Source: Nitrospirales bacterium | Lineage (GTDB): Bacteria; Nitrospirota; Nitrospiria; Nitrospirales; UBA8639 | Reading direction: 5' to 3' | DNA: 64,000 bases | NCBI GenBank assembly: GCA_965223295.1 | Contig: CBDCWC010000002.1 | Span: forward strand, 1,344,001-1,408,000 | Shown: piece after piece, positions 1 to 9,830 of the stretch | How the letters are laid out: each line of letters opens with the position of its first letter | How positions within the stretch are numbered: position 1 is the stretch's first letter | Translations under genes and position numbers: made by a program | The notes under the pieces: model-generated | Told to the model about the DNA's origin: nothing | Databases searched by the model: none | What the model saw: only the letters and a program-made list of their open reading frames with translations

Positions 1-103
1 GCGGCCTTGCTGAACGGACTTTTTTGAACAGCCCGAGGCCTCCGACATGTGACGTCGCAGAGACGAAATGTGGCTATTGATATCATCGTTATTCAACAGT
101 CCC
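1..103 (-). mobile_element. Partial MITE-like repeat (cut by window edge), inverted copy of the element at 56775-56965
   Basis: Reverse complement of 1-103 aligns by eye with 56775-56878 at roughly 85% identity with one gap; terminus GGGACTGTTGAATAA. Confidence 0.85.
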
Positions 104-241
104 AATACTTATTTTTCTCAAAAAGGCCAGATGTTATCGACGGGATAACAGTATTCAAGAAAAGGAGTGCGAGAAGTACAATAATAGAAAAATGAAAAAG
201 TAAGATTTTTTAGAACCAACAGACTATTACCGCAGCACACC

Positions 242-913
242 TCAACCAGTAGGTTTCATGGCCGTGACATAGAGTGTTCCAACTGCACGATCTTGAGTAT
301 CAAGATCTCGATTAAATTCCCGGCGGCGGACATGCTCAAACCCAACCTTAACAAGCAACCTCTCTATTGTCTTGAAATCATAAGCGAAACGATGGTCATT
401 ACCCATTCTAAAATGATAATTGAGATGCTCCATTTCTGTCTCACACCAGGCGGGATGCCATCGTTTTTTCACAAACTGGAAGTATCCTTCTTTGCGTTGC
501 CCGGCATACTCAAGTACCGGCCATTCTGTATCTGGCACTCCAAGGCTAAACTCTCCACCGGGCTCAAGCACTCTAAAGCATTCATTGATAAATGAGACCG
601 TTGGCTCCGGATAATCCAAATGCTCTAAAAAATGTTCTGAATAAATCATATGGCATGAATTCTCTAGGAACGGAAATTTTTCACGCAGATCCAATGTGAG
701 ATCTGCATGGGAACCAAGATCAATATTCACCCAACCGTCTTTTGTATTGGAACCACACCCAATATTCAATTTGAGTCCACGTTCATTTCTCAATGCCCTC
801 GCACGAAACGTTCCACATAGATGCCGAGCATTCAGTTGCAACTCTTGTATGATCACTTCAAAAGAACGTCGCAAACCACGTGTGGTTACAAACTTAACGA
901 TACCACGAACCAT
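242..913 (-). CDS. Class I SAM-dependent methyltransferase (Methyltransf_11-like)
   Basis: LNIGCG motif I, GWVNID, YSEHFLEHL, ECFRVLEPGG; paralogous to 1256-2128. Confidence 0.85.
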   Translation of the reverse strand: MVRGIVKFVTTRGLRRSFEVIIQELQLNARHLCGTFRARALRNERGLKLNIGCGSNTKDGWVNIDLGSHADLTLDLREKFPFLENSCHMIYSEHFLEHLDYPEPTVSFINECFRVLEPGGEFSLGVPDTEWPVLEYAGQRKEGYFQFVKKRWHPAWCETEMEHLNYHFRMGNDHRFAYDFKTIERLLVKVGFEHVRRREFNRDLDTQDRAVGTLYVTAMKPTG

Positions 914-1255
914 TCATCCAATCCTAAAGCCTGTGACCAGTATTGGACGCACATGTCATACGTGCAATATTGATAAAGACCAGATCTCGCTTCTCAAAGC
1001 AGGTGAAGTTCTGCTGGAACCCGTTAAGGCAGCGCAAGAGCATCTCAGCTCAAGCCATTACTGCTATAGGCAGTGTTTATCATCACAGAGGGCCACATTA
1101 ATGAGTTTGAGAGAGCCCAATTAGAATATCACTCGAGATCGCATATTTTGAGGTGCGTGATTTCACCTCAGTGGTACGACTATGAATGACACCCATAGCA
1201 CGATACGGGCAAGATGTATCTATGTAAAAAAATATTCTACAGCTAAAACATTCGT

Positions 1256-2128
1256 TTATCTCATAGACTCAACATAGAGACTTTCTGAAACACGATCAGC
1301 TTGATCAATGCAGACCTCTGGCAAAAAGGATTGTCCAAAGGATTGCTTAGTCACGCGGGTAAAATCAGATTTGATAAGCTGGAGCCTGAGATTTTCATAA
1401 TCATAAGCATACTTATGTTCTCCACCTTGGCGAAACACTAAGTTAATCAATTCCATTTTCGCGTCAAACCGACAATGATAATAGGTGTCTCGTTGATCAG
1501 AGTCTAACGGACGAACCTTACTGAGTGCCTCCCATCCAGCCTCACAATAGGCACGCAGATAGCGTTCAATATCAGGAACCACAATTCTCAGGACTCCACC
1601 CGACTGCAGAACACGATGACATTCAGCTAAAAAATACGGAACTTCTTCCGTGTAGTCGAGATGTTCAAAAAAATGTTCACAGAAAATCCCTTTTACTGAT
1701 CCATCAGGAAAGGGTAATTGTTTTCGACAATCATACACACAATTGATCCCTGGAAATGGGCGACTGTCAACATTGACCCAGCCAACCTTCCCCTTATCAC
1801 CAGCCCCAAGGTTTACTAATAATGCCTTGGCACCACTATAGTGTTTCGCAACCGAGCGGCTCTTCCACCTGATCCAGGCCATTCGTAACTCTTCTTTTAA
1901 TGGAAACAAGGTATGGACGGGAAGGATTTTATAGAGTACTCGGGTCTTGACACTCCACGGATTAGCAAAGGCTTTGCCATACTCAGGAAAAATATCGGAA
2001 TGTCGAACCTGGGGACTCATATAAACATGAATGAAAGGAGGAAGAAAATTGGCAGGCAATTTCGTCTGCCTCAAATACAAGATCTCCGTGTCACTTTTGT
2101 CTTGAGCCAGAAAAGCGTACCAAAACAA
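1256..2128 (-). CDS. Class I SAM-dependent methyltransferase (true start uncertain, possibly 2020)
   Basis: VNLGAG, GWVNVD, FCEHFFEHLDY, ECHRVLQSGGVLRIVVPD. Confidence 0.85.
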   Translation of the reverse strand: MFWYAFLAQDKSDTEILYLRQTKLPANFLPPFIHVYMSPQVRHSDIFPEYGKAFANPWSVKTRVLYKILPVHTLFPLKEELRMAWIRWKSRSVAKHYSGAKALLVNLGAGDKGKVGWVNVDSRPFPGINCVYDCRKQLPFPDGSVKGIFCEHFFEHLDYTEEVPYFLAECHRVLQSGGVLRIVVPDIERYLRAYCEAGWEALSKVRPLDSDQRDTYYHCRFDAKMELINLVFRQGGEHKYAYDYENLRLQLIKSDFTRVTKQSFGQSFLPEVCIDQADRVSESLYVESMR

Positions 2129-2293
2129 CTAAAAAAGGTCGAGACCATCCTCAGTCTCTGACCACCAACATACTAGATTGGTGATGAGGGGATACAATTT
2201 TGAGGAATAGGGAGAGTGCAGAACCCGTCGAAATAGCATCCAAGATTTGAGGAATACGCGAGAGAACCCAAAAACAGGAATGAGGAACAGTTC

Positions 2294-2587
2294 TTATTCA
2301 GAAACTGGCACCACACCTTTTTTCCGTTGGACATAGCCTGACATAGCACTGATCGACTGAAAATTATCAGGCGTAAGTTCATCATCCGATATGGAAATAC
2401 TAAATTCTTCTTCCAGATATGTCACTACATCCAATATCCCTAACGAGTCTAGCAGGCCGCTTTCAATCAATTGGTCATCATTTTTCACATCAAGTTGACG
2501 AGCTTTCGGAATATGTTCAAAAAGGAAATTCCGAATTCGATCAATATCTGAGATACCTTCCATTGCTGACTTCTCCCTTCTACTCAA
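2294..2587 (-). CDS. Acyl carrier protein
   Basis: Small acidic protein with GLLDSLGIL phosphopantetheine site and ELTPDNFQSI; overlaps the upstream GNAT stop. Confidence 0.9.
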   Translation of the reverse strand: MSRREKSAMEGISDIDRIRNFLFEHIPKARQLDVKNDDQLIESGLLDSLGILDVVTYLEEEFSISISDDELTPDNFQSISAMSGYVQRKKGVVPVSE

Positions 2588-3627
2588 ATGTCGCGATCTC
2601 CTTGCATAAGCAAAAAGGGCACAGAAATATTGTCGCCATGTCTTTCTTGGGAACCTTTCGACGACCAGTTAATGATGACAGGCGTCGAATCACGAGGCTT
2701 AAACCCAACGGCCTGAAATGCCTCTTCTAAGAAATGTCCTTCTCCGAGAGCCACACTTAATGATTCACGACCACGGGTTCGAGCCAGACCAATCACGTGG
2801 TCGATCAATCCCATGAGAATACCGTCGTCGCCTACCCCAAAAACATCGACTAACTTCACGTCAGTCTTATTGTCGGACAAGACCGCATATCCCTTGAGTG
2901 TACCATTCAACCTCACCGTGATCACTTCACAGTGGTACATTGGATTCTGAAAATACTTCCAATTCAAATATGATGCATTCCGATCAAGGCAGCGTCCATG
3001 ACTCCCTTTGACAAACTGGCACAACACTGTAAATTCTTCTCCAAACTCCTCTTCGTGTCTATGAAAGGTAATGCCCTCTCCCACAGTGACATTGCGACGA
3101 GACCAATCTAAGGCCATATTGCCACATGCACTCAAGCCCCGTTGCAAGATTGTTGAACCCACTAACGACTGCACTTTTCGATCAACCTTTAGTGGTTTCA
3201 CAAACCGAATCATCTCCATCGCGGGAAGAATTTTCAACCGCTTGTATATGGCCAACATATTCTGACTGGGAAAGTCATACCAAACCTGACTTGGATTCTC
3301 ACAAATCCCTTCAAGGCATGCCCGCTGAAGTTGAAGAGCCGGACCAAGAGATCGATAAGCATCACTCACACAAAAATCCCCAAGCACCCATCCATCGTGC
3401 TTCTTTTCTCCGGCCCACAGGGACCGATAAAAGGCGCCTGCCGTACCAATGAGGTCCCCGCTCGAAGAATCTTGAACAACCCATACTAACGGGGGACCAA
3501 ATGGATTACCGTGATACAACCAGTCAAAACGTACATCATCAGAAAGGGGTGTTAAAAATTTTCGGTGAAGAGTGATGATGTCCTGACGGTCTTGACGAAG
3601 ATCTGCAGCACGGACAAAGAAACCCAT
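2584..3627 (-). CDS. GNAT-family acyltransferase
   Basis: FDWLYHGNP, GDFCVSDAYRSLG, RNASYLNWKY, C-terminal GDRD; pattern typical of GNATs in polysaccharide loci. Confidence 0.75.
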   Translation of the reverse strand: MGFFVRAADLRQDRQDIITLHRKFLTPLSDDVRFDWLYHGNPFGPPLVWVVQDSSSGDLIGTAGAFYRSLWAGEKKHDGWVLGDFCVSDAYRSLGPALQLQRACLEGICENPSQVWYDFPSQNMLAIYKRLKILPAMEMIRFVKPLKVDRKVQSLVGSTILQRGLSACGNMALDWSRRNVTVGEGITFHRHEEEFGEEFTVLCQFVKGSHGRCLDRNASYLNWKYFQNPMYHCEVITVRLNGTLKGYAVLSDNKTDVKLVDVFGVGDDGILMGLIDHVIGLARTRGRESLSVALGEGHFLEEAFQAVGFKPRDSTPVIINWSSKGSQERHGDNISVPFLLMQGDRDI

Positions 3628-5826
3628 TCAGCGTCTCTCCGCCGTTAATCCAACTCCGCTAGCTTTTAACATTTCTCTTCCTTTTTGTATCCAACGATGT
3701 CGGTAATAGTTGAGGTGACACATATTTCTTATTTCACTGGTCCACTTTTCATGCCATTCACGTGCTCGACCGTAAAATTCCACCACCTGAATATTTTTCT
3801 TTGTATACAGCTTCTGAATAACTTGTTCCCGCAGCACAAAGCTTGGTGACACATTCTTGAACTGTTCATCATAGGCGATCTTTAACACAATCAACATGCC
3901 ATTTCGTTCAACACACAAGTCGCTCGCGATCGGCTTCCCATCAACTAACAATTGATAGACGACCCCCTCTCCTCGAGAACAGAATTCTTGCAACATATCG
4001 CGATAAAATCGCCCTTGTGCATTATGAGCAGCAACAGCTGTTCCCTCTGATCCCTTCCAACCAGATTCTTCTAAGTCTCCATATACTCGTACATTCTCCG
4101 GAATATTTTTAGGATCTCGATTGACAACAATTGAGATCTCGCCGAGTTCTTCAAGAATTTTCTTCTTACGTCTGGCAAGGTTTCGGGTCAGGTCTTTCCC
4201 CCGCGATTTCCAATACTCCTCAAACGTGCCCGTTAAGGAAATTCGAGGGGTAGTGATATACGGAACTAATTCTGCGTCCCCTAATTCATCAAACGGGCTA
4301 AATACGGAATAGTCTGGATCTTGTTGCGTAACAGATAGCCCCAGTCCAAATCCAGGCAGACTCGCAATGAGATCTTGAATCTGCGCGGAGAGATTTCGCC
4401 TGGTCCCAAGCAAGATCAGTCCAATTGGCGCCTGAGATGGCTGAAACGTCTGCCAAAAGCCTTTTCCGCGGTCTTCCAGCAATAAGATTCCGGGATACTC
4501 ATCCTTCTTCGAGATCGCCAAATATATCGAGGAGGAGGCAAAATGTTTAACCAGTGGCTCTACAAACATCGAGTCAAGTAATGGATGTTGATGAACATTC
4601 TGATTGAGTTCATCCCACAACGTACGGTATTGCCCAAAACTCTCACGTGCATCGTAAATATCCCACTGGCGCGTACGAGAAACATTTTGAAAAACCTTTT
4701 TGGCTATGTTTTTTTCTGTAACACCCGCTTCAGAACCATTTCGAACAGACCTGGAGGCTGCGCTCGCTGTGACAGGATTTTCGCAATCGGTATTAGGGCT
4801 AGGGATTTGTCGATCTCGCAAATATTGCTTGATAGACTTGACACTGGAGTTCCGAAAAAAATTCAAGTGATACATCATACGAAAATCATTCGTCCACTTA
4901 TCTGTCCATCCTTCATTCACACGTCCATAGGTTTCCGCGAAATGGATAGATGGGTCAGCAAACAATCTTTTAAGAACCTCATATTGCAAAACATAACCGG
5001 GAGCAAAAGTACGAAAATGCTCATCGTAGGCCATCTTCAAAAACACAATCATTCCATTTCGCCGGACACACAACTTCTGTGCAACAATATTGTCGTTGAA
5101 TCGTAAACTGAACACGACTCCTTCACGATTCTGGCACAGGTCTTGAAGCATCTGGATATAAAATTTCCCCTGAGTGTTGTCGGAGGTCACCGCAGTGCCC
5201 TCCCGCCCTTTCCAACCACTCCCTTCTAACATGCCATATTGTTCAATACATGACTTCATGTCTTGCGAGGCTTCATACACATCCAGGTGTACCTCAAGAC
5301 CATCACGGTCCAGCCGCCGCAACCGTTTGCGCATATTCACTTTCAAATCTTTTCCGCGGGCATCCCAATATTGTTTAAAATCTCCATCAACAGAAATCCG
5401 TGCCGTTGTAATATAGTCCACCTTTTCCGCACAGGGATTCTGGCTAAAAAAGCGAAATGGCCCAAAATGTTGATCTTGTTGAGTCACACCAAATGCCAAG
5501 GCAAGCCCAGGGAGACTTTTAAGAATCTCATGAATTTGCCATTCAACCTTTTCTGGATTCCCTAAAAGAATCGGACCAATTGGAGCTTGTGCGGGTTGAA
5601 ACGTCCGCCACATTCCCAAGCCTGTCTGCTCCACAAGAATCATTGCCGGATATTGTTTATTTTCAGCAATACCTAAAAGGAGACTTTTACTTGGGAAGTA
5701 CCTCACAAGGGGCTTCCAGAATGCTGAACTCAGCAAGATATGGCCGTCAATCGCCCGGTTAAGTTCATCCCAGACATCTTGGTGGCGCTCAAAATGTTTC
5801 TGTGCATCCAGAAATTTCCACTTCAT
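3628..5826 (-). CDS. Tandem-duplicated GNAT (Acetyltransf_6/CelD-BcsL-like) protein
   Basis: Two homologous ~340-aa halves (WDELN, TFQPxQAPIG, YITTxRIS, YWxxRGKDL, ExSGWKGxEGTAV, LKxAYDE) joined by a linker. Confidence 0.85.
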   Translation of the reverse strand: MKWKFLDAQKHFERHQDVWDELNRAIDGHILLSSAFWKPLVRYFPSKSLLLGIAENKQYPAMILVEQTGLGMWRTFQPAQAPIGPILLGNPEKVEWQIHEILKSLPGLALAFGVTQQDQHFGPFRFFSQNPCAEKVDYITTARISVDGDFKQYWDARGKDLKVNMRKRLRRLDRDGLEVHLDVYEASQDMKSCIEQYGMLEGSGWKGREGTAVTSDNTQGKFYIQMLQDLCQNREGVVFSLRFNDNIVAQKLCVRRNGMIVFLKMAYDEHFRTFAPGYVLQYEVLKRLFADPSIHFAETYGRVNEGWTDKWTNDFRMMYHLNFFRNSSVKSIKQYLRDRQIPSPNTDCENPVTASAASRSVRNGSEAGVTEKNIAKKVFQNVSRTRQWDIYDARESFGQYRTLWDELNQNVHQHPLLDSMFVEPLVKHFASSSIYLAISKKDEYPGILLLEDRGKGFWQTFQPSQAPIGLILLGTRRNLSAQIQDLIASLPGFGLGLSVTQQDPDYSVFSPFDELGDAELVPYITTPRISLTGTFEEYWKSRGKDLTRNLARRKKKILEELGEISIVVNRDPKNIPENVRVYGDLEESGWKGSEGTAVAAHNAQGRFYRDMLQEFCSRGEGVVYQLLVDGKPIASDLCVERNGMLIVLKIAYDEQFKNVSPSFVLREQVIQKLYTKKNIQVVEFYGRAREWHEKWTSEIRNMCHLNYYRHRWIQKGREMLKASGVGLTAERR

Positions 5827-5918
5827 CGTGTGCCCCGCGTTTTACTCACTCTATCTTTTTGCTCATGACCCGCAAGCATGGAAGGTGCAAGTCGGGAAAA
5901 AGCTCTCTGACTAACATG

Positions 5919-7001
5919 CTACGCTTCCGAAAAACGTCGGCATTCAAACCGAAAGCCAAAGGTTGCGATCTCCTGATCCCAATAGCCAACTCGCTTCAAA
6001 TCAAACCGGTTGGCCCCAATACTATTCACACCAGCGGTCGTGCTGACCGCACACCTAAAACCTTCTTGTGCCACCATTTTCCGAATCTCTTCTGTAACAT
6101 CTTCTGTGCGTCCACTTGGATAGGCAAACGACAACACTGAATCTTGGATCTGTTCCTCAATCGTTCGTTTAGATTCACGAACCTCTTCTGCCACAGCCGT
6201 CACTGGCAACCGGGAGAGAATCGGATGTGTGACGGTATGAGCACCGAATCGTATCCCATATTGGTACATCTCCTTGATTTCATCCCAATTGAGCATATGT
6301 TCCGAGTGAAGGCTTTCTGGGGAAACCCCTAACGAATCAGATAAACGCTTCATTTCTTCTTTCCGAACACGATCATCCATGGCTCGCAACTGCCATAACA
6401 GTCTCTCACAAGCCAGCCGTCTCCCTGAGGCGGCACGAAGATCATACTCTTCCATTCCGGCAAAACCTTTAACATGCTTAGCCTTCGTTACGTTAATCAT
6501 CCAACAGACTTGATCATGCCATAAGACGTTCCCATTTCCGATCGCGCCAGTAGCAAGAAATATTGTCGCAGGAATTCCTAAGTCTTTGAGAATAGGAAAC
6601 GCATACTGATAGTTGTCACGGTAACCATCATCTAAGGTCACGACGACAGCTCGTTCTGGCAGGCTACCGCCTTTCAACTGTTCAACAGCTTCGCACAAGT
6701 CCAGCACATGACAGTGTCTCGCAAGATACTGCATATGGCTACGAAACGTGTGCACGGAGGTGGTCGGCAAGAAAGGAGTAGGCAAATCGCTTACGCCATG
6801 ATACATCACAATCTGAAGAGAGCGTAACGTACGTTTTTGCAAAAATATAAACCGTGAAAATCCCTCTGAACGGCTTTGTGTTTGTACATGATCAACGAAT
6901 CGACTGAATAACCCCATAAGCCCACTATGATAGACACAACTTGCAACGAACTTGAATAAATGAGATTTGAGACTACCCAAGACAACACCCACAACAATCA
7001 C
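5919..7001 (-). CDS. Polysaccharide deacetylase (CE4/NodB)
   Basis: VMYHGV, VTLDDGYRDNY, GAHTVTHPIL, FAYPSG. Confidence 0.9.
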   Translation of the reverse strand: MIVVGVVLGSLKSHLFKFVASCVYHSGLMGLFSRFVDHVQTQSRSEGFSRFIFLQKRTLRSLQIVMYHGVSDLPTPFLPTTSVHTFRSHMQYLARHCHVLDLCEAVEQLKGGSLPERAVVVTLDDGYRDNYQYAFPILKDLGIPATIFLATGAIGNGNVLWHDQVCWMINVTKAKHVKGFAGMEEYDLRAASGRRLACERLLWQLRAMDDRVRKEEMKRLSDSLGVSPESLHSEHMLNWDEIKEMYQYGIRFGAHTVTHPILSRLPVTAVAEEVRESKRTIEEQIQDSVLSFAYPSGRTEDVTEEIRKMVAQEGFRCAVSTTAGVNSIGANRFDLKRVGYWDQEIATFGFRFECRRFSEA

Positions 7002-7054
7002 ATAGCATTACATCATCACCATGACAACACATAACACCAGGTGCATAAGGGCTA

Positions 7055-8950
7055 TCACTTGTTGTCACAATACCGACGAAGCCATAGCTCCAACATCATA
7101 AAGTTCCAAAGAATTGTTCCAAAAAACGAGGTGGAGTCTTGTTGATGCCGTTTGATCAGATCCGCGATAGCTTCTGGAGGGAAATAACCTCGTTGCTGGA
7201 ATGTCTCACTCAGCAAGAGGTCCATCATCAATTCACGAAGTTTTTTATCTGTCCTCAACCAAATTGGAATAGGCAACCCAAAACCCTGCTTTTGTTTTGT
7301 TCGGATTTCAAGGGGCAACAGATCGGCATAGGCACCCTTGAAAAATGACCGCAATTGCCTTCCCTCCATTTTGATATGGGCTGGAACTCGAGCAGCAAAC
7401 TCAGCCAAACGATAATCTAGAAATGGATACCGTACTGCGACACCATTGGCTTCAGTCATACGTGTCACTTTAAACAGATCGTTATCAGAAATCACCAAAT
7501 TGAGATCAAGGTAGAGTTGCCGTTCTAGCTCTGTATGCGCTAACTCTTTCGAACGAGAATAGAGCTCTCGAATATGGCCATGAGGGTCATATTGCTTCCC
7601 AGCACTTTCTAGAAAATTTTGAGAAAACAATTCCTCCATGGGAAGAATTTCAAGCAAACCCCATGATAACAATCGATCAGGGTACGGCGTATTTGCACGC
7701 TCAATATATTTTTTCCCTTTCAGAAACACTTTCAGCTTTAACAGTTCCGCCAGGACATACACCGTAGGCTGAATTCCCCAATCACGTAACCATTTTGGAA
7801 CTATTCCATAATAATCAAATATTTTCTGCGTCGCATATCTCTCATTGCCGGCAAAGAGTTCATCTCCCCCATCCCCTCCATACATAAACTTGATGCCATA
7901 TTCTTTCGCTAGCTTTGCGCAGAAATACGTAGGAATGGCTGAAGCATTGGCATACGGCTCATCAAAAGAATCAACCAGGAGATCAATAACTTGAAAGGTA
8001 TCTTCAGCCGTCACAATATATTCATGCTGTTCAGCCCCAAATGCTTGAGCTGCACACCGTGCAAACTTCAACTCATTAAATGCTTCTTCTCCAAACCCAA
8101 TAGAAAAGCTCTTCATCGATGTACCAGTCAGCTGAGTTAACACCCCTAATACGGTGCTACTATCAATACCGCCGCTTAAAAATGTCCCCATTTCATTTGG
8201 AGTCTTATCGTATTGCAGACGAACAAAAACGGAGTCGGAAAAAGACTCCTTCACTCCTCGAAAAAGTTCTGCCTTATCGGATGGCTGGCCATTGGTAAAA
8301 GAAAGCTCCCAATATGGTTTGACTTGAACGGCTCCATGCCTCCATGTGAGTAATTGCCCAGGAGGTAACTTTTGAATTTCTTGAAAAATTGTCCGCGGGG
8401 TCGGAATAAACGAAGACGTCACCACATCAACAATGGCAAAAGGGTTAACGGTCAAGTGCTGAGAGGAAGGACCAACCAACAGGCCTTTCATCCTCGAAGA
8501 AAAAACAAACTGGTGCTGATCTTGCCGATAGAAAATTGGATGGACTCGAAACCGATCTGAAGCAAGATACAACGTTTCCTGCCCAGCATCCCAAAAGGAA
8601 AGAGCAAACTCGCCTCGAAGACTGGACAAGAACGGCTCTGCTCCGCGCAATATGATGTGAAGCATGGCCACAAGCGGATCCTCGCAATCTCCAGCCTGTG
8701 CCAGGACATCATCAAAATTGTAGATGCTGCCATGAAAACCCAAAAGGTGAGTTTTCCCATGTTCCTCTAGCTGAGCAACTCCAGAGAATCGACCAGGAAA
8801 TTCCTGTGCGCCAAACCCCGCCACCTCTCCTGTCCGTACATGGCCTTGATACTTTTGTAACGGATCAAGTGCGCGTACCATAGGGTTGAGACTAGCAAAT
8901 TTCGTATGAGGTGCCGCTTCCCTGAACGCTATTCCACAAATTCCACTCAT
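7055..8950 (-). CDS. Asparagine synthetase B-like amide ligase with degenerate glutaminase domain
   Basis: Synthetase motifs FLSGGIDSS, GDGGDELFAG, RYPFLD, KQGF are present; the N-terminus is MSGICG rather than MCGI. Confidence 0.85.
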   Translation of the reverse strand: MSGICGIAFREAAPHTKFASLNPMVRALDPLQKYQGHVRTGEVAGFGAQEFPGRFSGVAQLEEHGKTHLLGFHGSIYNFDDVLAQAGDCEDPLVAMLHIILRGAEPFLSSLRGEFALSFWDAGQETLYLASDRFRVHPIFYRQDQHQFVFSSRMKGLLVGPSSQHLTVNPFAIVDVVTSSFIPTPRTIFQEIQKLPPGQLLTWRHGAVQVKPYWELSFTNGQPSDKAELFRGVKESFSDSVFVRLQYDKTPNEMGTFLSGGIDSSTVLGVLTQLTGTSMKSFSIGFGEEAFNELKFARCAAQAFGAEQHEYIVTAEDTFQVIDLLVDSFDEPYANASAIPTYFCAKLAKEYGIKFMYGGDGGDELFAGNERYATQKIFDYYGIVPKWLRDWGIQPTVYVLAELLKLKVFLKGKKYIERANTPYPDRLLSWGLLEILPMEELFSQNFLESAGKQYDPHGHIRELYSRSKELAHTELERQLYLDLNLVISDNDLFKVTRMTEANGVAVRYPFLDYRLAEFAARVPAHIKMEGRQLRSFFKGAYADLLPLEIRTKQKQGFGLPIPIWLRTDKKLRELMMDLLLSETFQQRGYFPPEAIADLIKRHQQDSTSFFGTILWNFMMLELWLRRYCDNK

Positions 8951-9001
8951 AATCTCTACGATATATCTTCGTCTTGAATTAGAACACTTTTACACTTCAT
9001 C

Positions 9002-9799
9002 TCATTTGACCGGCGGAAGCTTACCTTTAAACTTTTTTTCCTTAGCAATTTGAATATATTTTTTAGCGATTTCAGCATCTCCTTTTTTATGGTAGGCCCA
9101 CGCAAGCCACCCATAAACCACAGCAAGCTTGGGATTGACTTTTTGAGCAATTTCTAACCGTTTAATTCCAGCATCAATCTCCCCAATACCTATAAGAAAA
9201 TCTCCAAATTGTGCATGGGTAATGGCATGCTGGGGATATAACTTCAGAGCTCTCTGGTAATATTTGACTGGCAAATTAGGCCGACCTAACAACTTCCCTA
9301 AAGGTGCAGCCAATGCTAAAGCTTTAGGATGATTCACAATTCGGGCAAGAGTATAATCGACCTCTGATAATGACCCATTCAACCATCCCTTTTTTAGATT
9401 TTCCGGAGCGACCAACGCATTTTTTATTTTGGGTAAAATTTGACTCGTGTGCGCGCTATTCACAAGTTGAAGTAACTGCCTCGTGTTCGGGTTAAAATAA
9501 TCATGGCTGAATGTCGGCCCTCTGGGATCATGAGTGACTCGATACACCTGACTCGACTGTTGATGGCGAACATCGCCCTGACTCCATAGATGCCTTTCTA
9601 CCCAATCATTGTTGTGACTAAAAAAAGCGACAGCACTTTCTGGAGATACCGCAGCCACACCTAACGCCAACAATACAGTCGTAAGAAACAATAGTGTTCC
9701 ACCATTCGCCCGGCAAGGGTTCCAGCATGTTAATTTCATCGTGACACCTACAAATGAGAAAGTTTTCTGCTCCATCTTCACTACCAAACAATCTGCCAA
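9002..9799 (-). CDS. Exported TPR-repeat protein (start probably near 9739)
   Basis: Hydrophobic signal-like segment ending AVA; TPR-like helices YYQRALKLYPQHAITHAQFG and VNPKLAVVYGWLAWAY. Confidence 0.7.
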   Translation of the reverse strand: MADCLVVKMEQKTFSFVGVTMKLTCWNPCRANGGTLLFLTTVLLALGVAAVSPESAVAFFSHNNDWVERHLWSQGDVRHQQSSQVYRVTHDPRGPTFSHDYFNPNTRQLLQLVNSAHTSQILPKIKNALVAPENLKKGWLNGSLSEVDYTLARIVNHPKALALAAPLGKLLGRPNLPVKYYQRALKLYPQHAITHAQFGDFLIGIGEIDAGIKRLEIAQKVNPKLAVVYGWLAWAYHKKGDAEIAKKYIQIAKEKKFKGKLPPVK

Positions 9800-9830
9800 A
9801 TCAGTTCAAACACAAATCGATTCTCTCAAT

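Noticed and set aside
7055-8950. Lasso-peptide cyclase interpretation of the Cys1-less AsnB
   Set aside because: No precursor peptide, B1/PqqD or B2 protease gene nearby; the context is polysaccharide.
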